A stretch of DNA of 63,786 bases, filler included, from Nemertoderma westbladi (Eukaryota > Animalia > Xenacoelomorpha): the NCBI GenBank assembly GCA_032718475.1. It is 3 parts of 3 records of this genome, joined end to end, with 100 filler letters (N's around TTAATTAATTAA, not from the genome) between each part and the next. Parts side by side here need not be neighbours in the genome. Positions count along the whole stretch, not along the records: positions 43,239 to 63,786 come from JAUCBJ010004409.1; 2 more parts are not named here. One strand, given 5' to 3'. The notes beneath the pieces were generated by a model. The model made no database searches. It saw only the letters and a list, made by a program, of their open reading frames with translations, and was not told the origin of the DNA. Below are positions 43,239-56,495 of the stretch, in pieces (the first letter of the stretch is position 1; each line of letters opens with the position of its first letter). The translations under genes were made by a program, and so were the position numbers.

Positions 43239-46009
43239 ACATAAGTTGCTTGGTTTTGAATCTTTTGATAAAATTGGTGTCTGTTATTATGTATTAATAT
43301 TTTTAATTCAAATATTAATAAAAATGCTGTTTAGTATTCATGTAGGGCTTTTATAGTTGAAACAGATGCCTCACACTTATTTTGGAACCGTTTTTTTCCT
43401 TAATAACGGTCGAGTTATATAATTGATTATTTTAATTAATTGTAATATTGTGTAATATTAATTAATTAGCTGTATGATTAATTGGTATATACGAATATAT
43501 AGGTATAGGCGTTTCTACAATTTAGTATACTCTGCAATATGTTTTTTTTTGTTTATTTTTTATCTGTAAATGACGTCATACACCTAGAATCATTATTTTT
43601 CAATAAAAGTCCCCCAACCTTTTTTTTATGGTTTCTAATTTTACGTCTCCATGATATCACCGACTGTAAGCACTGACTAGCGGACAACGACAACTTGCAA
43701 CCCAGAATGAATAGGAAAATAAATTGGGCCGTCGTTAGGGATCGAACCCGTGTTCCCAGGTTAGAGCTTTACAATCAAGTTCTGTTTCAAATTACTTATA
43801 TTTATAATTCATACATTCTGTGGAAGTTAAAACTTATAGAAATAATAACTATATTCGATATAAATTATGAAATATTTTTATGAATTCTTTTTCTCTAAAC
43901 AATTTATTATTTTCTTCTGTAGAATTCGAATAATTCAAATATATTTTGCTGGTAGATAATATTTAGTAACTATATTTCTATATTTTTCTCTTATTTTCCC
44001 CTATTTTTCCAACTGAATTCCCCCCATTCATTACTTCAGCCTTGGTCTACATGGTTACCAAACAATTTTCAGGTAAATATCTTCAGGTCAATATTATTTT
44101 TTAATGTTTCTTTTAACAGTTTTACTACATATATGACGATAATAATATATTATATTATAATTTTTTGTTGATTTTCAATTAAATTTGATTTTCTAGTTTT
44201 CGTTTTGTTATTTCTGGTGAGTTAATTAAATATTAATAATTTATTACATGGGGAGATAAATAAACTTTTTTTCACTATTCTCGAGGCATTTTATTTATCG
44301 AGCTCCAGCGAGGTTATTAAAGAGGCGAGAGAATATTAAAATAATAATGTTCTACGCTTTTTTTCCCGTGTAATACGTAATTATATTCTTAAATTGGTAC
44401 TTTTTGTTGCTCAATTCTTTAATAAAATATAGAGCGATATGGTGGTACAAAATATATTGAACTGTCGTAATTTTACTATATTGCTTCCATGATTGTTACT
44501 TACTCTCCTGATGCTGCCTTACTCCATGTTAAATAATTTAGTGTTCTAGAATATTTATTACGTAACTAGAGAGCCGCTTAACTACATTTAAACTAATATT
44601 GGATATTGAGTTCCGTTTTGGAGTTCGCCTTACAGACGATAAAGTTGCTGTAGCTTTTGAGTGTGTGAAAGGATTTTGATAAATTGCGTCAAACATTTTC
44701 TACTTCGTTGCTCTTTGTAATAAAATTTAAGAAAATCTACAAAAAATATTTCAACTTACTTTTTATAAAAAATAAAATCAATGTAATGCAATACTTTTTC
44801 CCTAGGGATAAAAAGCACTCCTTTTTCTCCCGAATTTGGGGTATATTCGAGCGAAAAAGTATCAGTTTAAGAATAAAATACTTTTCGGTTTTTTTTAAAG
44901 TGTTTTATTTTTTACACATTGTGTATTGAACCATAAACGCAATACTTTGGCTATAAACTATTTAACTTAATTAACGAATAATCAATATTGTTCGATATAT
45001 ATAAGATACTATTATTCATTCGCCATTGTTTCATGTGTATTCAGTGTTTCAAACAGTCCCCATTATAATAATACCTTATTGTTTTCATCTTATCATCCTG
45101 CAGTTAAAATTAATACAGCAAAATATTAATTTATCGCAATATAACGCAATGCAGTATTTCCATGATGTATAAAAAACCCGCAATAATAAATAATGTAAAG
45201 CTTTTTGCGTTTATATGTAAATTACTTTACCTTTTACTTGTAATTATTTTAATTATTCTAAATAATTATTAATTATTATTATTGGCTGTAATGATTATGA
45301 TATAATATTTAATACAATTTGCAATATGATCTATGATTTATTAATTAATTAAAGGGTGGTGTGGTCGCTCACATTCCTCCCTATTATAAAAAAAATTATT
45401 CTTTATTAAGCAAAATACCTGGATGAACTGACTCACTGACAAGATGAACCGACTCACTATACTCGCAGAGGAACGGACTGATCGACTGACTGAACCTAAA
45501 GTGCCAACAATTGTGGTGTCAGAAAGTCCTCTTCCCGCTACTAAATTGTAACCTGTGAATTCTGTAAACCAGTTTTAAGTGTTTATCTTAAATTTCTTAG
45601 TATTTAATTGCCAGAAAAAATGTGATGAAATTACGAACAAGCCGTTACACAACGTTTGATATTGAAACTAGTTATTGTTACTTGCATTGGGAGGAAATTC
45701 TGGGAATCCCTCTGTCCAGAATCCATTGCTAAACTAGCTAAAGATAACCTTGTAATAAATATTATACTATGTCGTGCTCATAGCTTACGTACAAATACTG
45801 ATTTAGACTTAGTTAGAATGCAGGGTAAACTTGTCAAACTCTTTTCATGAAGAAGAACTCATATAAAGTTCAGTACGTTCAGTACGCTCTACCGCTCTAC
45901 TCCAGTTCTTACTCCTCGCCAGATTCCCCTCATCTCCATAAATCAATCCAGACTTCCGTACCAAATTCATAATAGCATTAAACGCCAACTACCAAAACCA
46001 GTGAATTAT

Positions 46010-47126
46010 GTGCAGGTGCTTTTGTGCCCTTGTACAGGTGCTTTTGCGCCCTTTTATAGGTGCTTTTGCGCCCTTCTACAGGTGCTTTATGCGCCCTTGT
46101 ACAGGTGCTTTTGCGCCCTTGTATAGGTGCTTTTGCGCCCTTGTACAGGTGCTTTTGCGCCCTTGTACAGGTGCTTTTGCGCCCTTGTACAGGTGCTTTT
46201 GCGCCCTTGTATAGGTGCTTTTGCGCCCTTGTATAGGTGCTTTTGCGCCCTTGTATAGGTGCTTTTGCGCCCTTGCTACAGGTGCTTTATGCCCTTGTAC
46301 AGGTGCTTTTGCGCCCTTGTACAGGTGCTTTTGCGCCCTTGTACATGGTACAGGTGCTTTTGCGCCCTTGTACAGGTGCTTTTGCGCCCTTGTATAGGTG
46401 CTTTTGCGCCCTTGTACAGGTGCTTTTGCGCCCTTGTATAGGTGCTTTTGCGCCCTTGTACAGGTGCTTTTGCGCCCTTGTACAGGTGCTTTTGCGCCCT
46501 TGTACAGGTGCTTTTGCGCCCTTGTATAGGTGCTTTTGCGCCCTTGTACAGGTGCTTTTGCGCCCTTGTATAGGTGCTTTTGCGCCCTTGTACATGGTAC
46601 AGGTGCTTTTGCGCCCTTGTACAGGTGCTTTTGCGCCCTTGTACAGGTGCTTTTGCGCCCTTGTATAGGTGCTTTTGCGCCCTTGTACAGGTGCTTTTGC
46701 GCCCTTGTACAGGTGCTTTTGCGCCCTTGTACAGGTGCTTTTGCGCCCTTGTACAGGTGCTTTTGCGCCCTTGTACAGGTGCTTTTGCGCCCTTGTATAG
46801 GTGCTTTTGCGCCCTTGTACAGGTGCTTTTGCGCCCTTGTATAGGTGCTTTTGCGCCCTTGTACATGGTACAGGTGCTTTATGCCCTTTTACAGGTACTT
46901 TTGCGCCCTTGTATAGGTGCTTTTTGCCCTTGTACAGCTACTTTTGCGCCCTTGTATAGGTGCTTTTGCGCCCTTGTACAGGTGCTTTTGCGCCCTTGTA
47001 CAGGTGCCTTTGCGCCCTTGTATAGGTGCTTTTGCGCACTTGTACAGGTGCTTTTGCGCCCTTTCAGGTGCTTTTGCGCTGTACAGGTGCTTTTGCGTTG
47101 TACAGGTGCTTTTGCGCCCTTGTACA
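46010..47126. repeat. Minisatellite, 22-bp unit GTACAGGTGCTTTTGCGCCCTT, ~50 copies
   Basis: Directly visible; resumes briefly at 47646-47682 after the palindrome. Confidence 0.98.
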
Positions 47127-47165
47127 TGTCCTTTGTTATGGTGATCCCAGGAGGATATCTTAATT

Positions 47166-47647
47166 TGAGACAAAATAAGATAAGTAGTGCGATTTGAAAG
47201 AACATAATTATTGTTTAAATCCGGAACGTTTCGTATATTACGTTATACATCATCAGCCATAATACTGTAGGTACAAAATAACTATAATTATATGAAAAAA
47301 CCTAAAATTAATGTAAAAGATAAGAGTAAACAAAATTCAAAATGTGATAGGATGGGTAATTACGATAAATGTAAATTAGAATATTTTTACTAAGTATAAT
47401 GAAGTTTACTTCATTATACTTAGTAAAAATATTCTAATTTACATTTATCGTAATTACCCATCCTATCACATTTTGAATTTTGTTTACTCTTATCTTTTAC
47501 ATTAATTTTAGGTTTTTTCATATAATTATAGTTATTTTGTACCTACAGTATTATGGCTGATGATGTATAACGTAATATACGAAACGTTCCGGATTTAAAC
47601 AATAATTATGTTCTTTCAAATCGCACTACTTATCTTATTTTGTCTCA
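47166..47647. mobile_element. 482-bp near-perfect palindrome; probable inverted Penelope-like pLTR pair
   Basis: Arms TGAGACAAAATAAG... and ...CTTATTTTGTCTCA, centre 47406-47407. Each arm carries a minimal hammerhead core. Confidence 0.65.
47551..47592 (+). ncRNA. Minimal type-I hammerhead ribozyme motif (mirror copy on minus at ~47221-47262)
   Basis: ugg-CUGAUGA-U-GUAUA(acguaa)UAUAC-GAAAC-GUU-ccg, with palindromic stem III AACGUU; stem I is short. Confidence 0.55.
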
Positions 47648-47742
47648 GGTGCTTTGTGCCCTTGTACTTATACAGGTGCCTTTGAACTCTCAACTTTCAG
47701 CTATTTTACGATGAAATTCAGATTGTGTTACATATTTGATTG

Positions 47743-47882
47743 CAAGGTAGTGAGATCAGCCATAACCCTTACCTATAGAGTAAGGTGACGTCACTAAGGT
47801 AGTGAGATCAGCCATAACCCTTACCTATGGAGTAAGGTGACGTCACTAAGGTAATGAGATCAGCCATAACCCTTATCTATGG
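47743..47882. repeat. 52-bp tandem repeat, ~2.6 copies
   Basis: AAGGTAGTGAGATCAGCCATAACCCTTACCTAT(A/G)GAGTAAGGTGACGTCACT repeated. Confidence 0.85.
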
Positions 47883-48118
47883 AACCCGCTCTGTGGATAT
47901 AATATTCCGCTAAAAATCGCCACATATTAAATAACAATAATTGAATGGAAGCAATAATTTATATGATAATAAGAAAACCTCTTACAGTAGACTTCTATCT
48001 GCACCGAAATAAACTCACACCGTAAAGTAAGAATTGTTTTTCTTTACAACAAACTGTCGGATATTTAGTCATATCATTCAGTTTCCCTAAATGATCATCT
48101 GCTTTTAGAACATTCATC

Positions 48119-50826
48119 TTAGCCTTCTTCTTTACCTTCACCTTCTTTACCTTCACCTTCTTCACTCTCACCTTCTTTACCTTCAACGTCACCTTCTTTA
48201 CCATCACCATCTTTACCTTCACCTTCTTCATTCTCACCTTCTTTTGCCTCACCTTCATCTTCTTTAGCCTCACCTTCACCTTCTTTACTTTCAGCGTCTT
48301 TACCTTCACCTTCACCTTCTTTACTTTCAGCGTCTTTACCTTCACCTTCTTTACCTTCACCTTCTTTACCTTCACCTTCTTTGCCTTCACTTTCACCTTC
48401 TTTAACTTCACCTTCTTCACTCCCACCTTCTTTACTTTCACCTTCTTTACCTTCACCTTCTTCACTCTCACCTTCTTTACCTTCAACGTCACCTTCTTTA
48501 CCATAACCATCTTTACCTTCACCTTCTTCATTCTCACCTTCTTTTGCCTCACCTTCATCTTCTTTAGCCTCACCTTCACCTTCTTTACTTTCAGCGTCTT
48601 TACCTTCACCTTCACCTTCTTTACTTTCAGCGTCTTTACCTTCACCTTCACCTTCTTTACCTTCACCTTCTTTACCTTCACTTTCTTTGCCTTCACTTTC
48701 ACCTTCTTTAACTTCACCTTCTTCACTCTCACCTTCTTTACTTTCACTCTCACCTTGTTTACCTTCACCTTCTTCACTCTCACCTTCTTGACCTTCAGCG
48801 TCATCTTCTTTACCTTCACCTTCTTTAGCCTCACCTTCATCTTCACTTTCTTTACTCTCACCTTCTTTAGCTTCACCATCTTTACCATCACCTTCTTTAC
48901 TCTCACCTTCTATGCCTCACCTTCTTTAGCTCTCACCTTCTTTACCTTCACCTTCTTTACTTTCACCTTCACCTTCTTTGCCTTCACTTTCTTTACTCTC
49001 ACCTTCTTTAGCCTCATCCTCATCTTCTTTACCTTCACCTTCTTCACCTTCACCATCCATCATCTCATGCAGTAGGGGAAGGTTATCATGTCCCAAAAGT
49101 TTCCCGATGTCCACGAAGATTTCCAGGGCCTCTCTGAATTCGTTTTCTGCAACTTCCATCATCGTACCTAAAAGCGAAACATTATTGTCGTCAAGCAATT
49201 CGTGAAAATAACCGAGAATTTTTCCGTGAATCGAATGTAAAATATTCTCAATATATTCCTCATCATGTAATTTCTCCTCATCATCACCAATTACCAAATC
49301 GAGGAAACCACCAAACTTAGAAAGACTGTCAACATCCAACAGCATCCCAATAGCACCTTCAAGATGACTATTATCAACATCACCTGAAAATCTCAAAATG
49401 TCTTGAAGAATGTGAAACGATTCATTACCCCCAGCTTTCACAATATCTAGAGCTTTCATTAATAAATCTAAATTAGCTTTCATTTCGTCACCTTCATCGC
49501 CATCATCATCAGCTCCTGGAGTTGTTGCCACATCTTTATCGTCGCCATCTTTATCATCTACTTCGCCTAATAATTCCTTAATTTCATACCCCATAACACG
49601 TGGTTCTTTAATGGAATCGGCTATTTTTTTAACTTCCACATTTTCATTATCATCGTCGTCGCCATGAATTATCCCGGCTGCTTTAACCATTTCAACCAAC
49701 AGTTTAAGGTTATTCACATCATCTTCATCAAGATCTTCTTCGGTCTCTTTACCCTTGTCCGAATCTTTCTCTATAATAAATTAAATAAATTATAATAATT
49801 GAAGTTTAACTTAAATTTAAAATAAATTTATCACAGAAAATGTTTGTTGATAACAAATACAGTATTATACGAAACCATAGAATTTTAACCAATTTTATTT
49901 TTTATAAACATTTTTAAATTTCCAACAAATTTGAAGGTTTTTATGTAGGCCTAAATCGAAGCTAAAAGCAACAACTTTTAGCTGGGGTTTCGGAATATTT
50001 TTGCCATTATTGACTTTGACGGTTTTCATTTGTAATTTTAATAATATTAGGGTTGGTGCGTGAAACATTGGCCTATAGAAACAATGGAATACCGGTAACC
50101 GGTGTCGTTTTTATTCAGGTATAGTATATCCTCCTCCTCTCACCCCCAAATTTTTCTACAAATCTTAAATCTTTATGTATAAATAGCTACTTAATGACTA
50201 CAGATACAGAGGTACAGTATGTTCACTACGTACAGTACATGTACATATATACAGTATGTTGCCCAGATACGCATGGGATTAACAAAATTCCCAATAAGTC
50301 AGCCTCAATGTATAATAGCGCTCCGGCTATTATGGCGTGGTCAGTATGAATGAATGCGTTGAAACTCACCTAAGTCTTTTTCAGGTACAACCCATCCTGA
50401 GGCTGATACTGCAAAATATAACACAATGAATAATGTTAGAAATGAGAAAAACTTGAAATAATGAAATATTGATAATTAAATAACTACAGTAACAAACATA
50501 TAAAATGTAATTGTATGTATATAATGCAAGGCAAATATGCGCCCTGGCTGGTTCCTATACAAATAATTCGTGGATGCCGAAACGAAAATTGCCCTGGCCC
50601 ATGCGGGGATCTAACCCGTTACCTGTTGATATTTAACTGGAGAATAATGGCACAAAATACCCAGCCAGAGGAGGCTACTGCTCAAATACCACCATGGGTG
50701 CACCACTAAGGGTACACCGCTATGCTAGTTATCGCGTAGATTGTAAGGAAAAAATACAGTAGTTGATATTAATTACCCAAACTCACCGGAAATACCGAAT
50801 ATTATGCTTAATAGTAACCATTTCAT
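48119..50826 (-). CDS. Secreted, highly acidic protein with Glu/Gly/Lys-rich (EGEGK)n tail; exons 50826-50787, 50408-50370, 49770-48119
   Basis: GT-AG sites with matching phases; 1731 nt, 577 codons. N-terminus [19 protein letters not shown] is signal-peptide-like. Two in-frame stops near 48917-48928 come from a compensating +1/-1 indel pair; terminal TAA at 48119-48121. Confidence 0.78.
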
Positions 50827-53800
50827 TATTAAATATTTTGGATTTTAACTTAATTAAAACCGTGGGAACCCGTAATATTACAGCGTTGAAGGTAATTTGA
50901 TGTTCGAAATTTAATTTACCCAACAAAGTATTATGGTTGAATCAAAATTATAGTATTGCTTACTTTGAAAAAAAGTATGTAATATGAACTGCAATTAGTT
51001 TAATAATGATTTGATACGATTTCACTGGGAAAATTACTACTGTATTTAACTTAAATTGGCAATAATAATGCACTATTGAATCGATAAAAACAACCTATCA
51101 CCAAATCTCACTTAAATTCTATAACAACAGCCGACCAACAATTTCGGAAAAAGTAGATTCAATTTGTATTCACGAGTCAAATAATTTTAAACACTCATAA
51201 AACATATATATATATACCAGGAATTTTAGCAACCCATTAAATAATGACTTGCAACATTGTTAACATTCCCTCAATTCTTTAACGTAGGCCTACTGGTAAT
51301 CATTAATTACTCGCAAAATATTATAACTATAAAATAATTCTTCCATAGCTATTTTTTGGTAGTTGAATATAATCTATGTATAAACACAATTGAACATTAA
51401 ATAGGCATCTGCATTCGACACTGTAATAAAAGGGATTAAAAAAAAATATGTCGTTTGTATTGGCGGTCCTTGCCAAGCTTCGGTGATGCATGCTTATTGC
51501 ATATGGATGAGCATAAAGAGTACGCATATACTCCAAAAGGTATGTTGAGTTGGTTGAAGTTTGACGCAAACGAATGGACCTTAATATTGACTGACATATG
51601 TTATTATTGATTATTTTATTTCGCTATGTAGGCAATGTTTGAAAACTGCCTTAGAATAGCTGAATCCGACTCGACTATATGGAGGCCCTGCGTCATACAA
51701 TACATTTAAGTAGTCTCTACACCAACATAAAATGGTTTTCTACAAGAACAAATATTATTAAAAGCCTTGGTCGACTCGAAAAAAGGCGCTTTTCTAAACG
51801 AGAAACAACAGCAAACAGGCTCGACCATTTTGCTCGACCAAATAAAGCCTTGGACTCGTCGTTTTAATATGACTATAATTTGCGGATAGCCTCCCTCCTT
51901 GTACAGTAGTTATAATTCGCCTATGGGCAGTATAGTTAGTTATTGTGGGGCGAGCCACGAAGTAAGCGAAGACTTAGCATAGTGGTGCCATTAACAAGTT
52001 GCCTGTCATCGTCGTCAAATTTTTGATCGCATTTACCATGTAGTAACTCGGTTACTTCTTGATGAAATTAATCAAACTTAGAACGTATGTAATCCGTTAC
52101 AAGTTTAGAAAGAATCTGAAGTTTGGTCATATATGAGTCAGCAAATACAAAAAGTAGGACCTACTCGGATTGCAACTTATCAGGTTAACCCCCTCAAGAC
52201 AGCAAGGGAACTGGGGGCCACAATTGGTGAAACTTTATAGTAAAAACTACAGTATATACAGGCCTACGTCATTGTTCATAAAATAGAACTTTATAGCGTT
52301 ACGGCACGAGTCACTTTGTCGCTCGGGAAATTACAAAACGATGGCCTTAAAAGCTTTAAAGTGCTAATTATGAACAATGGCGAATCTAATTAAATGTATT
52401 TGTAGGGAAATATTTGTAATTATGTAATTAAACTTTCTATGTAGAACAACCTAATATAAATGACGCGGTGATGCACTGATTATACTGGAAATACATAGTA
52501 AATATATGGCGTAGGGACATACTGAGAAATAATATCGCACTGCGATATAAAGCTAGAATATATGTAATATATGTAATATGTAATATAATAAAATATTTCT
52601 GATGAGGCGGACACCCCCCCCCCCCCCCCCCCCCCAAATTTGGAAACAGAAATAGGTGTTCAAAGATTGCAAGAATTATCGTTCTCTGCAGGCCATTTAT
52701 TATATTTGATAAGTACACAATATTCTGGAACGTTTTATTTATTTTATGAGTTGGTAGGCAACAGCGGTATGCCTATACAATATCTATATATTGTGTAGCT
52801 AACTAATCATTGTGGAACAAATTGATCGAGAATACTACTGTAGCTCAAACGTGTATGGTTTACTCAAACCCAATATCAAACTTGCGTGACCCCCATTGTA
52901 GTATTCATACAGCAACCTGGTTTACTGAAGTGAGAACAAAGTTTAATGGCTCACTTTCTTCTGCTAAACTTTGGCATGGGCTCTTGTGTCTCGAATCTGC
53001 TATAATTTCCTCTGTTTGCGAGTAATTACCCCCCCCCCCCGCTGATATACAGTGAGGATTAATTTGCAGGCTCACTGAGTTATGTATTAATTAATTTATT
53101 TCCTTAAATTAATTTTGAATAAAATTTGAATAATTTTATTATAAATTATTAAATGGAAGATCTTTCTTCCCGGTTACATTTATAAAATATGGTTGACTCA
53201 TAGCTAACATTATTTTATTAATTATATTAATTATGAACTTTATTTACACTTTCACATAGGCCTAATATTTATATTGCCGTTATATAGATTATATAACTAT
53301 TAGTAGTTAGTAACTAATACTCGCTCGACACCTTCCTGGAGAAATGTCAATGGATCTGGCAAACCGCCGAAGCCACTACCTAAATTAATTATATTTCGTT
53401 AAGTACCTAATATATTTCACACTTTATTTGTTGGGGTGGTGCACCCCAACAAAATTCGTAAAATTACTTATTCAAACCTTCTCTACACAGGCACGTTTAA
53501 ACATAGTGGCTCCCACGGTGTCGTCACGTTTCGGCAACTGTCGCGATTCGGCAAAAAAGTGGCGTTTCGGCAAAAAAGTGGCGTTTCGGCAAAATTATTT
53601 CTTTATTGCAGGAGAATACACTACAGTATACTATCAACAATACAAGTAAAATGAAAACTGAAACAAGCAGGACATTATAAATATAATAATATTAACCCTC
53701 TATAGCCCGAATTATGATGCCATGACCCAAAAAATTTTTTTTCATAACTTTCACATTAAAATGAACCTAATGAGAAGATTTTCATCAAAAAATTTCAAAA

Positions 53801-55299
53801 TATTTAATTTATGAAGATTTTCGAATCACGTGACCTGGAGGTCACGGTGGGCCATTAATAATAATATAATAATAAAATAATAATTAATAATAGTAATAGT
53901 AATAGCACTTTCATTTGGGAAATAAAAAATATTGAATTGAATTGAAAAAAATTGAATTGAAATGAATTGAATTGAAATTGAATTGAATTAAATTGACTTT
54001 CGTTAGTTAGTTGCAATGCTAATAAAAGTTTGATTTCCCTGCCCTGGAATACAGTAGTGTTGTATAGGATACTCTGTATGTCGTCGCGTTACCATGAATT
54101 TTGGTGAGGCCCAGAAATGTCCTAAGAAAGAAGCTTTCTGGGCAAGTTCGTACAATTAAAGAGGGTGATATAAATAAATATTGTGTACAGTACAGATGGG
54201 GACTTAAGAAAATACACGGTGGAGTAGAGTACCGCGCCTGTGCCTATTGCCATTACCTGTCAGCTTGTTGCTTTCATGTTGCATGTACCGGTACCGGTAT
54301 TGTTTCCTATATTTTAATACGCAATAATTTTTATTGTCCGTTTTTATCCTTTTTTTGTCATTTTTTTTTATTTTTTATGTCATCCAAAAGTCTAATGTTA
54401 TTCTGTATTTTAGTACCGGTACCGGCACTGGTACTGCTATAGGCCTACTGTGTAGCCTACCATTTAAATACGGTAATGGTAGGCCTACTGGCCTACCGGT
54501 TGTGCTAATAAATTTTAAATAATTGATAGGAGAATAATATCTTTCACATAATTTAGGCCTATTACTGTAATATTTTTATAATCAATAATTAGGGTTTTTA
54601 AAAAACATCACCATGTTTTAAAACAAATGTTTTAAAACAATGTTTTTTTTGTTTTTTATTAATTTTTAAAAAACACTGTTTTTTTTGTTTTTTTTGTTTT
54701 TTTTATTTTTTTAACCTTATTTGTTTGTGTTTAAACACAAAAAGTACTATAGTTGACAAAAAACAGCACAAAAAGTACTATATAGTTCACAAAATGTAAT
54801 GTACTATACAGAAGATACATACCTGCATACGTTCTTCCGGTCTGATATCGTCGAATCGAAAAATCTATGTCCTATCGAGCTCTTCCGACCTCGCTGTTCA
54901 CTCTGCTTCATATTTAGTTCTATGCTAGGCCTGTCTATTTCAGGTACCGGTACCGTTACCACAACCAGAACAGCTGTACATGGCAGGACTACCTATACCT
55001 AACCTACACAGTACAGGTAGGTAGACAATACTACATTCAAATGCCATATGCATATAGGCCTAAGCATTATTCTGGTATTACAGTTGTTACAGTAGGCTAT
55101 TATATCTTTTAACAGTCAGACAGTATTATAGGCTGATAGGTAGTCTGTTTGCACTGTCGGACTGTATTTGAAGAAGTTATGTGGTCTGGCTTTGTCACAT
55201 AGTAGGCCTGTAGGCCTATGTACGACCTATGTTAACTTTAAAGCAAGGCCTACTAGAGAAACAGGCCTGGAATCCGAGATCAAGCCAATTCTATTGAAG

Positions 55300-55700
55300 G
55301 CCTAATAATCCAATGTGTGTGTGTGTGTCCGGAGCTCTACAGCCCGCATTTCTAAACCAATCTGATCGAGTAAGGTATCAAACGAAGCAGAATTGTCATA
55401 CGATGCTCACCGCCCAAAAACATTTTGGTATTCTAGAACTTTTTTTTAGCTATTAATAGCTATTATTGTAAATTGCAATTTTTCATGTGTAAACCATAGG
55501 CTATTATATACTACTACTTCTACTTGGGACTACGTTAGGAGGACAAGCTGTCCGCCGCTAGCGCTATTCTAGAACATAGATAAATAAAGGTAATAGGATT
55601 TATTAATAATATTAATATAATAATAATAAACTGGAATATAATTTTTTTGATGAAATGGATGAACCCACCGCAAAAATCGGTCGGTCTGCATGTTAGTAAT
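55300..55700 (+). mobile_element. Possible Helentron/DINE-like non-autonomous insertion inside the P element
   Basis: (GT)n microsatellite near the 5' end and a 3' CGGTCGGTCTGCATGTTAGT end; pattern recognition only. Confidence 0.35.
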
Positions 55701-55809
55701 TGATGTCCTGTTGTAATTGCACAATTAAGTAATATAATAATAATATGTACTGCTTAAGAATTACACTCAAGAGTTAAAAAAATATTAAATATAGTTATAG
55801 TATAGGTTT

Positions 55810-56495
55810 ATATTATAGCATCCACTTCATTGTCGGTCAACGTGATGTCAACACACGAGGAACACTTGTGCTTCCCAAGTTCACTTGAACATTCAACCTC
55901 CAGTTCTGTGTATAGTTTCGCTCGATCAATGCGGTGGGTAAAGAAAACTTCGGCTACGCTTATATGGTAATTTCCCCCAGCAGATTGGTGAAAGTGCCCA
56001 AATTAATTAAAATTATAATTAATTAAAATAAATTTAAATAAATTAATTTATTAATTAAATTAATTAAATAAATTAATTTTATCGTTGGCAAGGAAATCCG
56101 ACATCTCGTCAATATCCGGATTGCGTTTAGAAGAACTTGCGCGCGTCGTTGAGCGTGGAGGGGCTGGAGGCGTTGGGATGGAGAGCAGAGGAACATTTGG
56201 GAATACCGACGGCGGTTCCGCCGGCACTGGGTATCTCCCGGAATGATGTTTCGTTGTCATCTCTTCGGGCCAGTGCTTCCGACAAACTCCCATGAAGCAT
56301 GAAACTCGTAACCTTGCGCGGATCTACGATATTCGGAAGTTGCCGCAACCACGTTTGCAATTCCACAGGATCTTTCGGAAACGCGTAGACCGTAATCGGT
56401 GAGGAATTCTCCTCCCCGTCGTCCATACCGGTCAGTTTATCCTTCGCGTTCGCATAACCAGTTCTGCAACCGCCGACGGAACACTTCCTTCCCAT
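55810..56495 (-). pseudogene. Frameshifted THAP domain plus C-terminal transposase fragment
   Basis: MGRKCSVGGCRTGY...FPKD...W / VCRKHW (C2CH THAP). Fragment QSAGGNYHIS...HKCSSC at ~55810-56000 matches the second P element's C-terminus. Confidence 0.8.

Noticed and set aside
46008-47205. Many repetitive ORFs (LLRPC/GAFAP/KGAKAP)
   Set aside because: Translations of a 22-bp satellite that is open in several frames on both strands.
47995-49075. 303-aa KVKKVK ORF and FTFTFF ORF
   Set aside because: Alternative-frame and antisense shadows of the EGEGK repeat, which is in frame with the spliced acidic protein.
52599-52650. CTGATGAG...GAAAC as a second hammerhead
   Set aside because: The intervening poly-C cannot form stem II, and there is no stem I or III.
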